The notes below the pieces were generated by a model, which was not told the origin of the DNA, made no database searches, and saw nothing but the letters and a program-made list of their open reading frames with translations. DNA of 64,000 bases from Antedon mediterranea. Its lineage: Eukaryota; Animalia; Echinodermata. Location: the NCBI RefSeq assembly GCF_964355755.1, contig NC_092675.1, positions 31,607,112 through 31,671,111 of the forward strand, read 5' to 3'. Positions 52,802-64,000 of the stretch are shown here, in pieces; the first letter of the stretch is position 1, and each line of letters begins with the position of its first letter. A program made the position numbers and the translations under genes.

Positions 52802-55800
52802 ATGAAGCGGCGAATACAAGAAACCCAAAACAACTGGTTACTTCCATGTTTTTTTCTTGTTGATTGTGTTGTGGCTGTAGCAGTAATACTATTTTGGTAT
52901 TTTCTATATTATGAAGATATATTTAAAATCAATGATATGTTAGTACTTTGTTCTGATAATAGTTACAATTATACAAAGCAATCATCTTCTCTCAGTGAGA
53001 CGGCTCTTTATCTCGTCAGTTTTGTTGTTCCGTCAATTTTGGTATGTATCATACTGTTTTTAATATTGATATAGTTCAAAATACAAACTCACATTCAATT
53101 AATGATACTGTATTTTCAAACAAACTAGCGATCAATAGTACATAAATAAACGAACAAAAGATCCTTCAAAATGGTTTTAAAAGAAGGGTACTGTAATAGT
53201 GTTTGACTACACTCGTGTATTAACTTGCCTCATGCAATTCCACCACAATATATTCATCTTCCTGCGATTCATACCTCCGTCCATTTTTTTCTAAACCTGT
53301 AGGCCTATTTGTTCTTGTTTTATTTTAATTTAATTGTCTTATGGAGGACGGCACGTAAATAAATGTTTTTTTAATTTAGTTTCTCTCTGGGACTATACGC
53401 ATACATATTAGTGTATACGAACCATATATTATTACTGAATATAAGTACGATTAAACATTCGTCGTCAACTTTGAACTAATCATAAGTAATCACGAATTGT
53501 AAACAAACATACAATGTCATGTTAGTCAATGCTACAAACGACACTTTGCTCGCACTACACGTTTTATTTATTATTTAGATAGGCCTACCTATGATTTTAC
53601 AGTACAATAATGCTTGTGTTTAGGAATGTAGTTGTTTTTAAAACCGTCGCTGTTTGTTGCTTTTTGACAGATCTTGTTATTTGAATTGATAATGGCACAG
53701 TATAATAGTAGTACCGATGGGCTTCCTAAGGAAAAGACGGTAATTACATTTGATTTCAGAGTTAAGCCGACAATACGACGTATAATTCGTTATGAAGGTA
53801 AATACTACTAAATTTATTAATTAGACCTATCAAATTATATTGAATATTGTCTAATGTTTTGGATACCGACCGTCTTAGGCCTACTATTGTAATATATTAC
53901 TTTATTTATTTATTTTAATACAGTATATTCACAAATCACAGAAAAAGAAACAAAATTGCCTGGGATTTACTTAACACACACAAAAACAAAAAAAATGCAC
54001 AGATCAATATATACATATAAAGACAAAAACAAATTTACCAAATTTATTTAGCAAGAGGACACAATTAGAAATGTTCCTACCTTTTTTTTCTTCTAGTTTT
54101 TGATTTAGTATCATGAATAATACAGTATTATGATCAATGATAATATTTTCGTACTTTACATTTAAGATGCCGTAGGCCTATGTTTTCCTAAATTGTATTT
54201 TTTTTTCAATTCTAATTCTAGGTCTATTCATTATTGGAGCGTTTTGTACATTAATATTTTCTGGAATTGGAAGAGTCATTGTAGGTCGACCAGCTCCTCA
54301 TTTTTTTACAGACTGTCCAGAACTTCGAAACAATTGCAGAGAGAACTATGTTCAGTATGCTGATGGAATGTGTCAGAATGAGATTACTGAACACACGAGG
54401 TTGGTCCTCCCTAAGATACGACGATACACGTATGCCTACCATTTTAAACAAAAACATCAGACATCCCAACTTGGAAAAATTAAATATCGGGAGGTTTTAT
54501 GAAACTATAAATGGCGCTATAATACTACATCAAATTATAGAGGGCGCTATAAAACACCTAAACATTGGCATAATAGCATGAAGACTAAAATCCAATGGCC
54601 ATGTACGTTATACTGTATAATGTTGTGTTTAGAAAAAATAAATAGTAAAAAGTAGCAGTGTAGCTGACATGTAGCCATATCAGAAAGATCAGCTGGCGAC
54701 TGTAAAAGGCCATGCTTAAAGTCGGCAATTAAAATTCATTATAATATTAATGACCACTGTCGATATTGTAAAATGAACTTTTTTAACTTTAATGAGGAAT
54801 TGTTTTTTAAAAAATATTATTAAATTATTTTCAGGTCATCATTTCCTTCCTATTTCGCATCAATGTCATCATATGCAGCATTGTTTGCAGGGGTAAGTTA
54901 CTCGATTTTTATCATACTTGGCGGACAGACCTCAACACATTTGTATTAGAGAGGCAATCTCTCAACCTACCACTTTTAATTTCTCTGTTCCGCAAGGATC
55001 TGTTTTAGGTCCACAATTGTTTACAATGTATGTATATCCTATTCGTAATATCATTAAGAAATATAATCTTAGCTATCATGTTTACGCTGATGACACCATC
55101 GTTTAAACCTACCATGACACAGAGTGAATTATTTAATTGATTTGCTTGAAAAATATATCTCTGGAATTCGTGTCTGGATGGCCAAAAACTTTTTAAAACT
55201 TAATGATGATAAGACTGAGTACATTCTATTTGGTTCGCAACAATTCCATCTAGGAGGGTTTCCATTGGTAACTTCTGTACTGAAAATACTACACAAGTTA
55301 GAAATCTTGGTGTAATTCTGGATGCCAATAGGACAATGACGGCTCATATTTCTAAAATTACGTCTGCATCGTCATATCATTTAAGAAATATTCGAGGCAT
55401 CAGAAAATACTTAAATCGTGCAGCTGCAGAGCAACTTGTTAGTTCGCGTCTCGATATTATGTGTAACTCCTTGTTATTTGGTCTCCCACATAAACAACTG
55501 CATAGGCTTCAGCTCATACAAAATGCGGCTACACGAGTTGTAACTAACTTGCCCAAGTTTTCGCATATTACAGGTACCTTAAAAGAGTTACATTGGTTGC
55601 CTATTAAACATAGAATTGTTTTTAAAACATTGTTAATTGTTTTCAAAGTTATTAATGGAATTGCTCCAGAGTATGTGACTGATATGCTGGGCTTATACTC
55701 TCCTAAATGTAATTTACGATCCAATAATAAGTTGCTTTTATTTCAACCGAAATCTCACCACTCGTGCTTTTTCTATTAATGCTCCGCGGCTGTGGAATGA

Positions 55801-55989
55801 CATTCCTGAATGGATTAGGCATTGCCATACAATTATTCTTTTAAAAAATCATTAAAATCATACCTTTTTGCTGAGGCATATGGTATTAATGAAGCATAAA
55901 CAAACAGTGTTGTGATTAGCGCCTTGAGCACTTTTAGTGGATATGTGCGCTATATAAATTGTTATATTATTATTATTATTATTATTATT

Positions 55990-56034
<45 letters not shown>

Positions 56035-58802
56035 ATTAGCCCTTATTATCGCTCTACGGTATTTGGTTATAGTTGAATGCATCAATTCACCATGTGTATT
56101 TATTAATTTGAATACATGCCATTCTTTTGTAGATTTATTTGTCAAAGATGATGACAATTACTGCTACTCGTACACTTCGTCCTGTATTCTTTATTACCAT
56201 TATGTTACTTCCATTTATGGTAAGCCTTAATAGAGTTTCAACTCATCAAGAACATTGGACTGATATCATAGCTGGCTCCTTGATTGGAATATTCATAGCC
56301 CTATATATGGTAATTATTATATCAATCAAATTAATCAAATAGTAAATACTGTTAAATTCCCAGCAAATTGTAGCTCCGAGTGACGTGTCAGACAAAAGTT
56401 ACAGTGAAGTTTCATGAATTCTGTGATTTGTCTTTCATAACCGAATTTGATATGTAGTGTTCGGTGTTTGCCTGTGATTGTTGCTCATGCGTCGCCTGAA
56501 CCGCCGATATTCGGGAATGTGTTACTGAGTCTACTTAATTATCAAACCACAAAAACAGCAGGAAAAATAATCATATTTAAATTGACGTGTTATGGACAAT
56601 TCGCGTATTTTGGAAACAAGGCCATATACATGGCTACATTCGCGTGCTCAAGTTAGTGTTTACCGAGTGGTCTTTCTTCACATTATCAACATTTTGTCTA
56701 CCAGGATATGGGGTTGTATGGTATTAAACGCAGACTGAAAATCAAAATACATAATACGTACCAAGTGGCCTTTCTTCACATTATCAAGATGTGAATATAA
56801 TTAATGTAATTTAAAAAGTATCGCATCACTGGTACTACGGAGTGATCGGTAAGCAAATTGCAGCGGGTCTAACACTTTTTCAGCATAAGGTTCCATAATT
56901 TTCAAAAGAATACGTTCCAATGTTTTCATCGCGACAGACGTGAGCGCGACGGGTCTCAAATCATTCATGCTATTAATATTAGGTTTCTTTAGGTACTGGT
57001 ATTATGCATGAACGTTTCCAAATATCCGGGAACGTATGACAAGAAAGACACATATTGAAAATAAATGTAAATATACCATCAAGATGAGGAGAGCATACCT
57101 TAAGTACTCGTGGGATTATCCGGCCCAGCAGCCTTCGATGAATTGGGTTTCATGAATTCGTTATGTACATAAGAAAATGCTTATACTAAATTTGGGATCA
57201 TCTTCAGTCACCCGACACAAGCTAAATCGGGCCTATCTTTCTACTTTAAAATCATTAACATTAAAACGGTTATAAAATTCATTTAACTCATTAACATATC
57301 GCACAGTAACATTCGGAATCGAGGTAGGTGTATTACCACCGTTTGTGTAACCACTCATAAGTTTCATACCCTGCCAAACTTCTTTCATAATTAGACCTGA
57401 AGTTATGTTCAACTTTTTTCTATAAATGTTCTTCTTTAATCTCTCTAGTCAATATTTTCGTACGATTAGAGTCGCCCATCTTGAAGGCTCTATGTTTCTC
57501 ACACAACAGTAATTTAACGCCTTTCGTGATCCATGGCTTGTTATTAGGGTAGATTTTCACTTTTTTGAACTGGAACGCATTTATCGTTACAAAAGTTTAT
57601 GTACGAGCTCACTGCATGAGCAATACTATTCAAATCTTCATCCTCCGTAAAAATATCCCAGTCGGTAGATTCAAATTCCGCTATAAGGGCCTCCTCGGCT
57701 TCAGGTGACCATTTGCGTACATTAATAATTTTGTTTGGCAAGTCTTATTTAGTGGGCGATATTTGGGACTGAGTAAAACCAAATTATGATCCAATTTGCC
57801 CAAGTTCGATAGTGGGGTCGAATTATAAGCGTCCTTCACATTTGAGTAGCATAAATCAAGAATCGCGTTGTCCCTGGTTTTACATGTAACTAACATGATG
57901 ATAGTAAATGGCCGTAGTTTTCTTGAGCTTGCATCTGTTGAAATCGCCGTGGATAATTACAAGCGCCTCAATACCTTCGATTATTTCTGCGATCTCATTT
58001 GACATATTTTGGAAAGAATCGTGTGTTGTGTTTTATTGGGTTAGCGCCCCCTCAAGTTGACGTATTTTGGGAACAAATATGCGTATTTATAGGACTCACC
58101 CTATAGATTTAAATGATATTGAAACCATTTTATTCAGTGTTTATAGGACACAAAATGCAGTATACACTGGTAACTTATATTTAAATGATATTGAGACCAG
58201 TTTATTCAGTGTTTATAGGACACAATATGCAGTATACACTGGCTTGCAAACTTGAGCACAACACCATTGTATAAGCAAAATAAAGCATCAAGTTGTTTTA
58301 GCCCGCAGAACAATAGGCCTATTAACAAATATTGTAATAATTATTAATAACAGTTATAATGTGTTATATTCAGAGTCTGATTGTTCTGAATGGCTTTGAG
58401 GGATCGTTGCAAAAATCTAATCGACCAAACATTGAACAGCCGAAGAAAGAAGATAAAAAAGGTGGAGGAGGAATAATGCAAACGTTAACTAGAGAAGCCA
58501 GTCGTGTATCTAGTCGACATGCTAGTCGTCGTGAAAAGGGAAATGATTTCATGAGCAGGTTGCATGAAGTTAAATACAATACTGCTCACAGAAGTTACTA
58601 TGACAACAACATCGATGACTACAGACGGCAAGAAGAGTTTGTCTATAACCATCAACCGCCATTACCATCTTTTGCAGAAGATGGGTTGCCCGCGAATGAG
58701 CAAGCAGCCATAGCTGCCTTTAAAACAGAAGCACGCGATACGGACTTGGGAGATGGTCATTTAGCAGATGATGACCAACCAATGTTTTTATACCATCATT
58801 AA
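52802..58802 (+). CDS. Phospholipid phosphatase-related (PLPPR/PRG-like, PAP2 family) protein, ~402 aa
   Basis: Exons 52802-53041, 53671-53797, 54222-54399, 54835-54892, 56133-56309, 58374-58802. Peptides LLPCFFLVD, VGRPAPHFFTDC, RSSFPS and RVSTHQEHWTDIIAG; a 5' UTR exon probably lies upstream of the acceptor at ~52791. Confidence 0.85.
54900..56032 (+). mobile_element. 5'-truncated L2-clade LINE with (ATT)n tail
   Basis: VPQGSVLGP, YADDT, LKLNDDKTE, LHWLPIKHRIVFK; 3' end GCGCCTTGAGCAC...GCGCTATATAAAT followed by an ATT microsatellite. Confidence 0.9.
56830..58010 (-). mobile_element. Rex1/Babar-like LINE relic (endonuclease end to RT start)
   Basis: TRDNAILDLCYSN, LGKLDHNLV, FESTDW, NKPWIT, KAAGPD, RPVALTSVAMKTLER and LDPLQFAYR, frameshifted. 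Confidence 0.8.
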
Positions 58803-60950
58803 TTATTTTGTATTCGTTTGTGTTTAAACAGCATACAGTATATGCATGGTGATACTATTGATATTTTCTGGAAGAAAATCTTTTGAAACATGTCGATAGA
58901 CCTATAGCAGCTAAATATACAGTATATATTACATTGGCCATGCTTGGCCTGGTTGCTGAATTTAGACATGTAAACACACATAATTTCCCACACATTCAAT
59001 GTATTATACACGTTCAGTCATGTCACTCCCTTCCCTCTCAGAAATGACTCATGCAATCCTTTGTTCGCTGCATTTGATGAGGTAGGCCAAAGCATATTTT
59101 TATGATTAGAAATCTACATTTGCTACATCTTTTAATTTTAAAATGAGAAAATTTTCTTTGTAAGGATCCTTCCTCTTTCCATCCGCATCCATTTCAAACA
59201 TACAAGTATGTTACCGATTGGAAGGTGTTTCAGAGTAGTTGCAGATGGAAGCTGAATATCACATTGTAGATTTTATAAATTATTATAATATATTTTTAAA
59301 ACAATAAATGGACTGATACATGTGGATAATTTATCGGCCTAATTAATTTTAGGAGTCAATTGGATGATTTCCAAGCTGGTTTTGTCGGTGAAGGTCTAAC
59401 TACATGAGTAAAATTGGCAGCCACGAATTGCTTAAATTGATTATTATATATATATAATGGTTGGTCTTATACTGAGCTGATGCTAACGAAGGAATAATGG
59501 TGGCCTTGTTTTTCAGTCTTTTTATGTTAGTGACGTTATACCATGTAGTTCCCATATATATATAATTGTACCTTTAGGTCTGTACTGTAATAGTTAGTAT
59601 TAATTAATAAATAGCCAATATACTAATGTATTCAGGTCTGTACTGTAATAGTTAGTATTAATTAATAAATAGCCAATATACTAATATATTCAGCTGCAAT
59701 CGTTTTCAGTACGTTTATACTAAGACACTAAACAATGTTAAATTATACAATTGCATATTATTAATCATAATATAGTTTTAATGTAATGTATTGATATTTT
59801 TTAATGTTTTATATATTGTATGTTTTTTTAAGCATCAAGAACAAAATTTCATGTTCGCCTAGTTGTGTTCATGACAATAAAGATTTATCTCATCTTAGTT
59901 CCAGCTCCATTACAATAATTTACACGTATTTTTAATCGTATACTTTGTATTATTTGTCATATTTATCTTGGAAATAAAATTTACTACTTCTTTTTTTTTT
60001 ATATGACAACAAGATTTGGCAGAACAAACGAACCTCTGCATCAATAAATAATAAGTTTACTAATCAATCAATCAATTTTAAATGTTAGCATGAATTTTTC
60101 TTTAGAATACGGGTAAGAAATATAATTATTCTGCCAAATCTAGAAACAAATCAAGGGCGTAGAGTAATCGCTAAGACGGAAGCTGAATCTGTGTTTCTCC
60201 AGTATCAGGAAAATTTGAGAAGACAGCATACAGTATGTTTCACATATGTATCGCCTATAATCATAAACCAACCTTACCCTATGATACAGGCGCGCATATG
60301 CAATACACATCAAATGCTGTTTAATGCTATAGTATGTCGATATACAGCACTAATCGGGTATATTCTGAAGGTTTAAAATACACGTCCCGTATTAAACAAA
60401 CGGAAAACATAGTATAGAAACAAAATGTTGAAGATGAATGAATTGAAACATAAAAATAAATTAGAAAGGGATTAATAAACTGTAGTATAGCCATCAAAAC
60501 AAGCCAAGTCCGCGTTATGGGGCTAGGGTTAATCGATTAATCATACATTTTTGTTAAACAATAGGTTTATTACTTTTCCAACTTAATTCGGCTAAGTACA
60601 CCTCTGAAAAATCTGGATTAGGTCCATGAATAAAATAACGAAGATGAAACCAGGCTACCTTACGAGATCATCAATCAATCAGAGCTTGTAGCCCCTCTAT
60701 CATAACTTTTAATTATCGAATAAAGCGTATATATTATGTGAATTCGACTTTGTTGTAGTCTGCATCCAGATACAAGAGAAAAATTAAAGTGGGTAGGTAT
60801 TTTACAAATTGTAACTCTCGTTACTGTAATGCTCTCTAAATGGTCGTTTACTAAATATTTTAATATTTCTATTGTCGATTGACTTTTGCATATCTTGTGA
60901 TCGTTCAGAATTGTTTTTGTTTTGTTTATAAGGAGGTGATTCTGACAAAA

Positions 60951-63900
60951 ATGAACAAGCAAACAGAGTATGACCGTTCTCAAAAGTCTTGCAACCACAA
61001 ATGTGGTAGGCCTACAATTGATCATCCGATTCCATTTCTTGTGATTGCATGTCTACAATTCCTAACTGCAATTGCTGCTGGAACATATTTTGGTGGTGTG
61101 ATAAGCACACTTGAAAAACAATTTCAATTTGACAGTAAAATGTCTGGATTAGTAGGTATCATAAACGATGCATCAAGTTTATCAGCTGTTTTATTTGTAA
61201 CATATTACGGATCGAAGTCAAATCAGCCAAGAATTATTGGAATAGGAGCTATAGTTAGTTCGCTCGGTTATTTCTGTTGTGCGGTGCCGCATTTTTTCAA
61301 TGATAATTATCAATACAAAGGCATGTCAACAAACGATGAACAACAAAATACTGGTCCACTTTGCAATGTTACCCTTGGTAATAATTCGGCTGAAGAAATA
61401 CTGGAAACAGTGTATGTTGAGAAAGACACGAGTGGCATTGCTTGGCTTTGTATTGGCAATTTGTTGATTGGTTTTGGTACATCACCATTATTCCCGTTGA
61501 CACTTACTTATCTTGATGATTCTACAATCGATCCTTCCACAACATCGATTTATATTGGTAATTATACAACCTTTAATTTACTGTAATCAATTACCATATT
61601 TGAAATTTTAGTCGTTTAAATTGATTTTAATGAAAGCTACTTGCATTTATGATCAGTTTAAATGAGTTATTTTATGCTTCTCCTAAATTGTTTAACCAAT
61701 TAAATAATTGTTGTTATAATTATCCTTTCTTAGGTACCTTTATGACGATGACATCATTTGGACCTCTTCTGGGGTTCTTTACTAGTTACAAGTGTTTGTC
61801 ATTATACGTTGACTTCGAACGCTTTAGTGTAGAAGACAAGCCACTAGGATTTCGAGATCCAACTTGGCTAGGTGCTTGGTGGCTTGGATATCTTTGTGTC
61901 AGTGCTTTAATGTTATTTTTGTCTTTACCAATGTTTTTCTTTCCAAGACACCTCACCAAGCACGAATGTCAGATATGTAGCCGAATGATTAATGATGGTA
62001 AAAAAGAAGACATTATGGTTGGAATGTCTTTTCGTATGTTCAATGAATCTAGCGTCCTTGCAAATATTATTGGTAAGATACAAACTATTACAAAGTCAAC
62101 CTCAAAAGAAAATTAAAAATATCAATCTGTTTACCAATTTTTATGAAAATTTAAAAATATTTTTCTCTATATGATTACATAGCCCGCAAAATATTGTCTA
62201 TTATACGATGTTGACAAAAACAAAGAAGACAACAGAACGATAAATATCATGTTTGTTAATTTAAGCTTAAATTAGTTTCTTCCATAAAAATCACCGTATA
62301 ATTACTATTGTAAACATTTATTTGGTTTATTGTTTAGGTTTTATGAAAGCAATTAAAAGACTGATAATGAATCCTGTATTGACATTCGTATTATTGGCAA
62401 CAGCTTGTGACGTAGCAATTATTGGAGGCTTCATATTCTTTGTAGCCAAGTATATTCAAGTGCAGTTTAATGTAGCTCCAGCTATCGCTTCCATCATCGT
62501 TGGTAAGACTTACTGATCATAATGCTCATAACTCATTTTCCTTAAAAACCATAAGATCGCTATTCTTTCAAAACTCAAGTGTATCCACATCCACATATAG
62601 AAAAAATCAGTTTTCTTTAAAAGGGTTGGGGTGGTTGTGTTTAAAAAAAAATTAAGATGCTCATCATCCGTAAGCATTAACTAACTGATGGTTGTAGAGA
62701 TCATCAACGGGAGAAATTTAAAGAACTTCCAACGAAAAGTGACAAAAAGATTACATATGCAATTTTCTTCTCCACCGGCATAGTTTGTTGCAGATCACGT
62801 CATACGTATTTAGTGTCACTTTTTAAGACCAATTTATGTAAATTTAATTTATTTAATTACAAGAACAGTAATTCCAACTGTTACGTAAAAAGGTCGAGCG
62901 GCTTTTTTTGTAAGAAATATTTCTTGTTATTTTTAGGTCTTACCACAGCTCCAGGTAATATAATTGGCAACGTTATAAGCAGTTTTATAATAAAAAGATT
63001 AAAACTAAAGTTACGCGGCTTATCTCTCATGGTAGTAAGCATCTGTTTGACGGCGGCGTGTTTGTCAATTCCTGTACTCTTTATTGGATGTACCAATCCT
63101 AAAATAGCTGGTGTAACTGTTAACTATGAAAATCACCAACAATTGTAAGTAATTCACATCCATCTAAATATTAGGGTGTCTAGAAAACTTAGATCTCAGA
63201 TATATCTGAGTTTTCTAGATCTAGACAACTCAGATATCTGATACTATAAATTTTTTTGATACTGCCACGTTAGATAGAAAATGTCTGACGATTTTACCGT
63301 CGTATTAGGCCTACTACCCACAACCTGATTGTTTACTCAGCCACAACTCAGACGTTTAATTGATTCCCATCCTGGTCATCAAGTTAAAGCCCGTATAAAC
63401 ACGATAAGTATGATCAATTATCTAACTTATATTTGTAATTTGTTTGGTTTCATCCTTAACAGAAGTTTACCAGTTGCTGGTGATGCCTGTAATCAGCATT
63501 GCTCATGTTCAAACGGTGTTTACGAACCTGTTTGTGGCGCAGATGGTGTAACGTATCTATCCCCGTGCCATGCAGGATGTACTACACTACACAATGATAT
63601 TGCTAACAACAAAATGGTATCAAAATTACTCTCAATATTTTACTGAGTGATTTTTTATAATAATATTTAATAATGTAATGAGTTTAGTACAATTTGTTTT
63701 TAAACATTTATTAGATTATAATATGTAGGCATATGTGAATAATTAATTCTAACAAAGAATGTATATTGTTTGTTTGATGTTTTTATAATTTACAGAACTT
63801 TTCGGACTGTGCATGCATTGGTCAATCTTACACGGACAGTGACATTCCTGTGGCTATTGAGGGCGTATGCAATTTTGTTTGTGATAAAACATTTGTATTT

Positions 63901-63971
63901 GCTCTATTTGTTGCAATCATTTCAATGTTTGCTAGTATGAGAACAAATCCATGCGTAATGACAACATTAAG
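60951..63971 (+). CDS. Organic anion transporting polypeptide (OATP/SLCO family), 5' part; continues beyond the window
   Basis: Exons ~60951-61557, 61734-62071, 62338-62502, 62937-63144, 63463-63616, 63797-63971. Peptides ISTLEKQF, TYLDD, DPTWLGAWWLG (OATP signature) and Kazal-like CNQHCSC...YEPVCGADGVTYLSPCHAGC. Confidence 0.92.
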
Positions 63972-64000
63972 GTACCTACCGTATGTCAAGTGTTAGTTCC

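Overview
AT-rich, intron-rich animal genomic DNA, probably an invertebrate deuterostome such as an echinoderm (inferred from gene and repeat content). There are four + strand host genes: ATP6V0B (7 exons, 17242-22392), INTS4 (18 exons, 30506-50325, with one U12-type intron), a PLPPR/PRG-type pseudo-phosphatase (52802-58802), and an OATP/SLCO transporter that runs off the right edge (60951->64000). The rest is mostly nested mobile DNA. (1) Two tandem copies of a ~5.7-kb IS3EU-like DDE element whose right end is an inverted copy of its own left 1.25-1.43 kb, carrying a Gypsy pol relic and a MITE as cargo. (2) A complete, young DIRS1-type tyrosine-recombinase retrotransposon (36393-41693) inside INTS4 intron 8. 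Its gag and YR ORFs are in one frame, separated by a single TGA in a UGA-CGG plus stem-loop readthrough context, and an empty-site paralog in the window fixes its crossover at TA. (3) Many MITEs (P-, piggyBac-, hAT-, MULE- and Kolobok-like), two satellites with higher-order repeats, LINE relics, and Penelope-type minimal hammerhead ribozyme motifs. All coordinates were read by eye and no database search was run.
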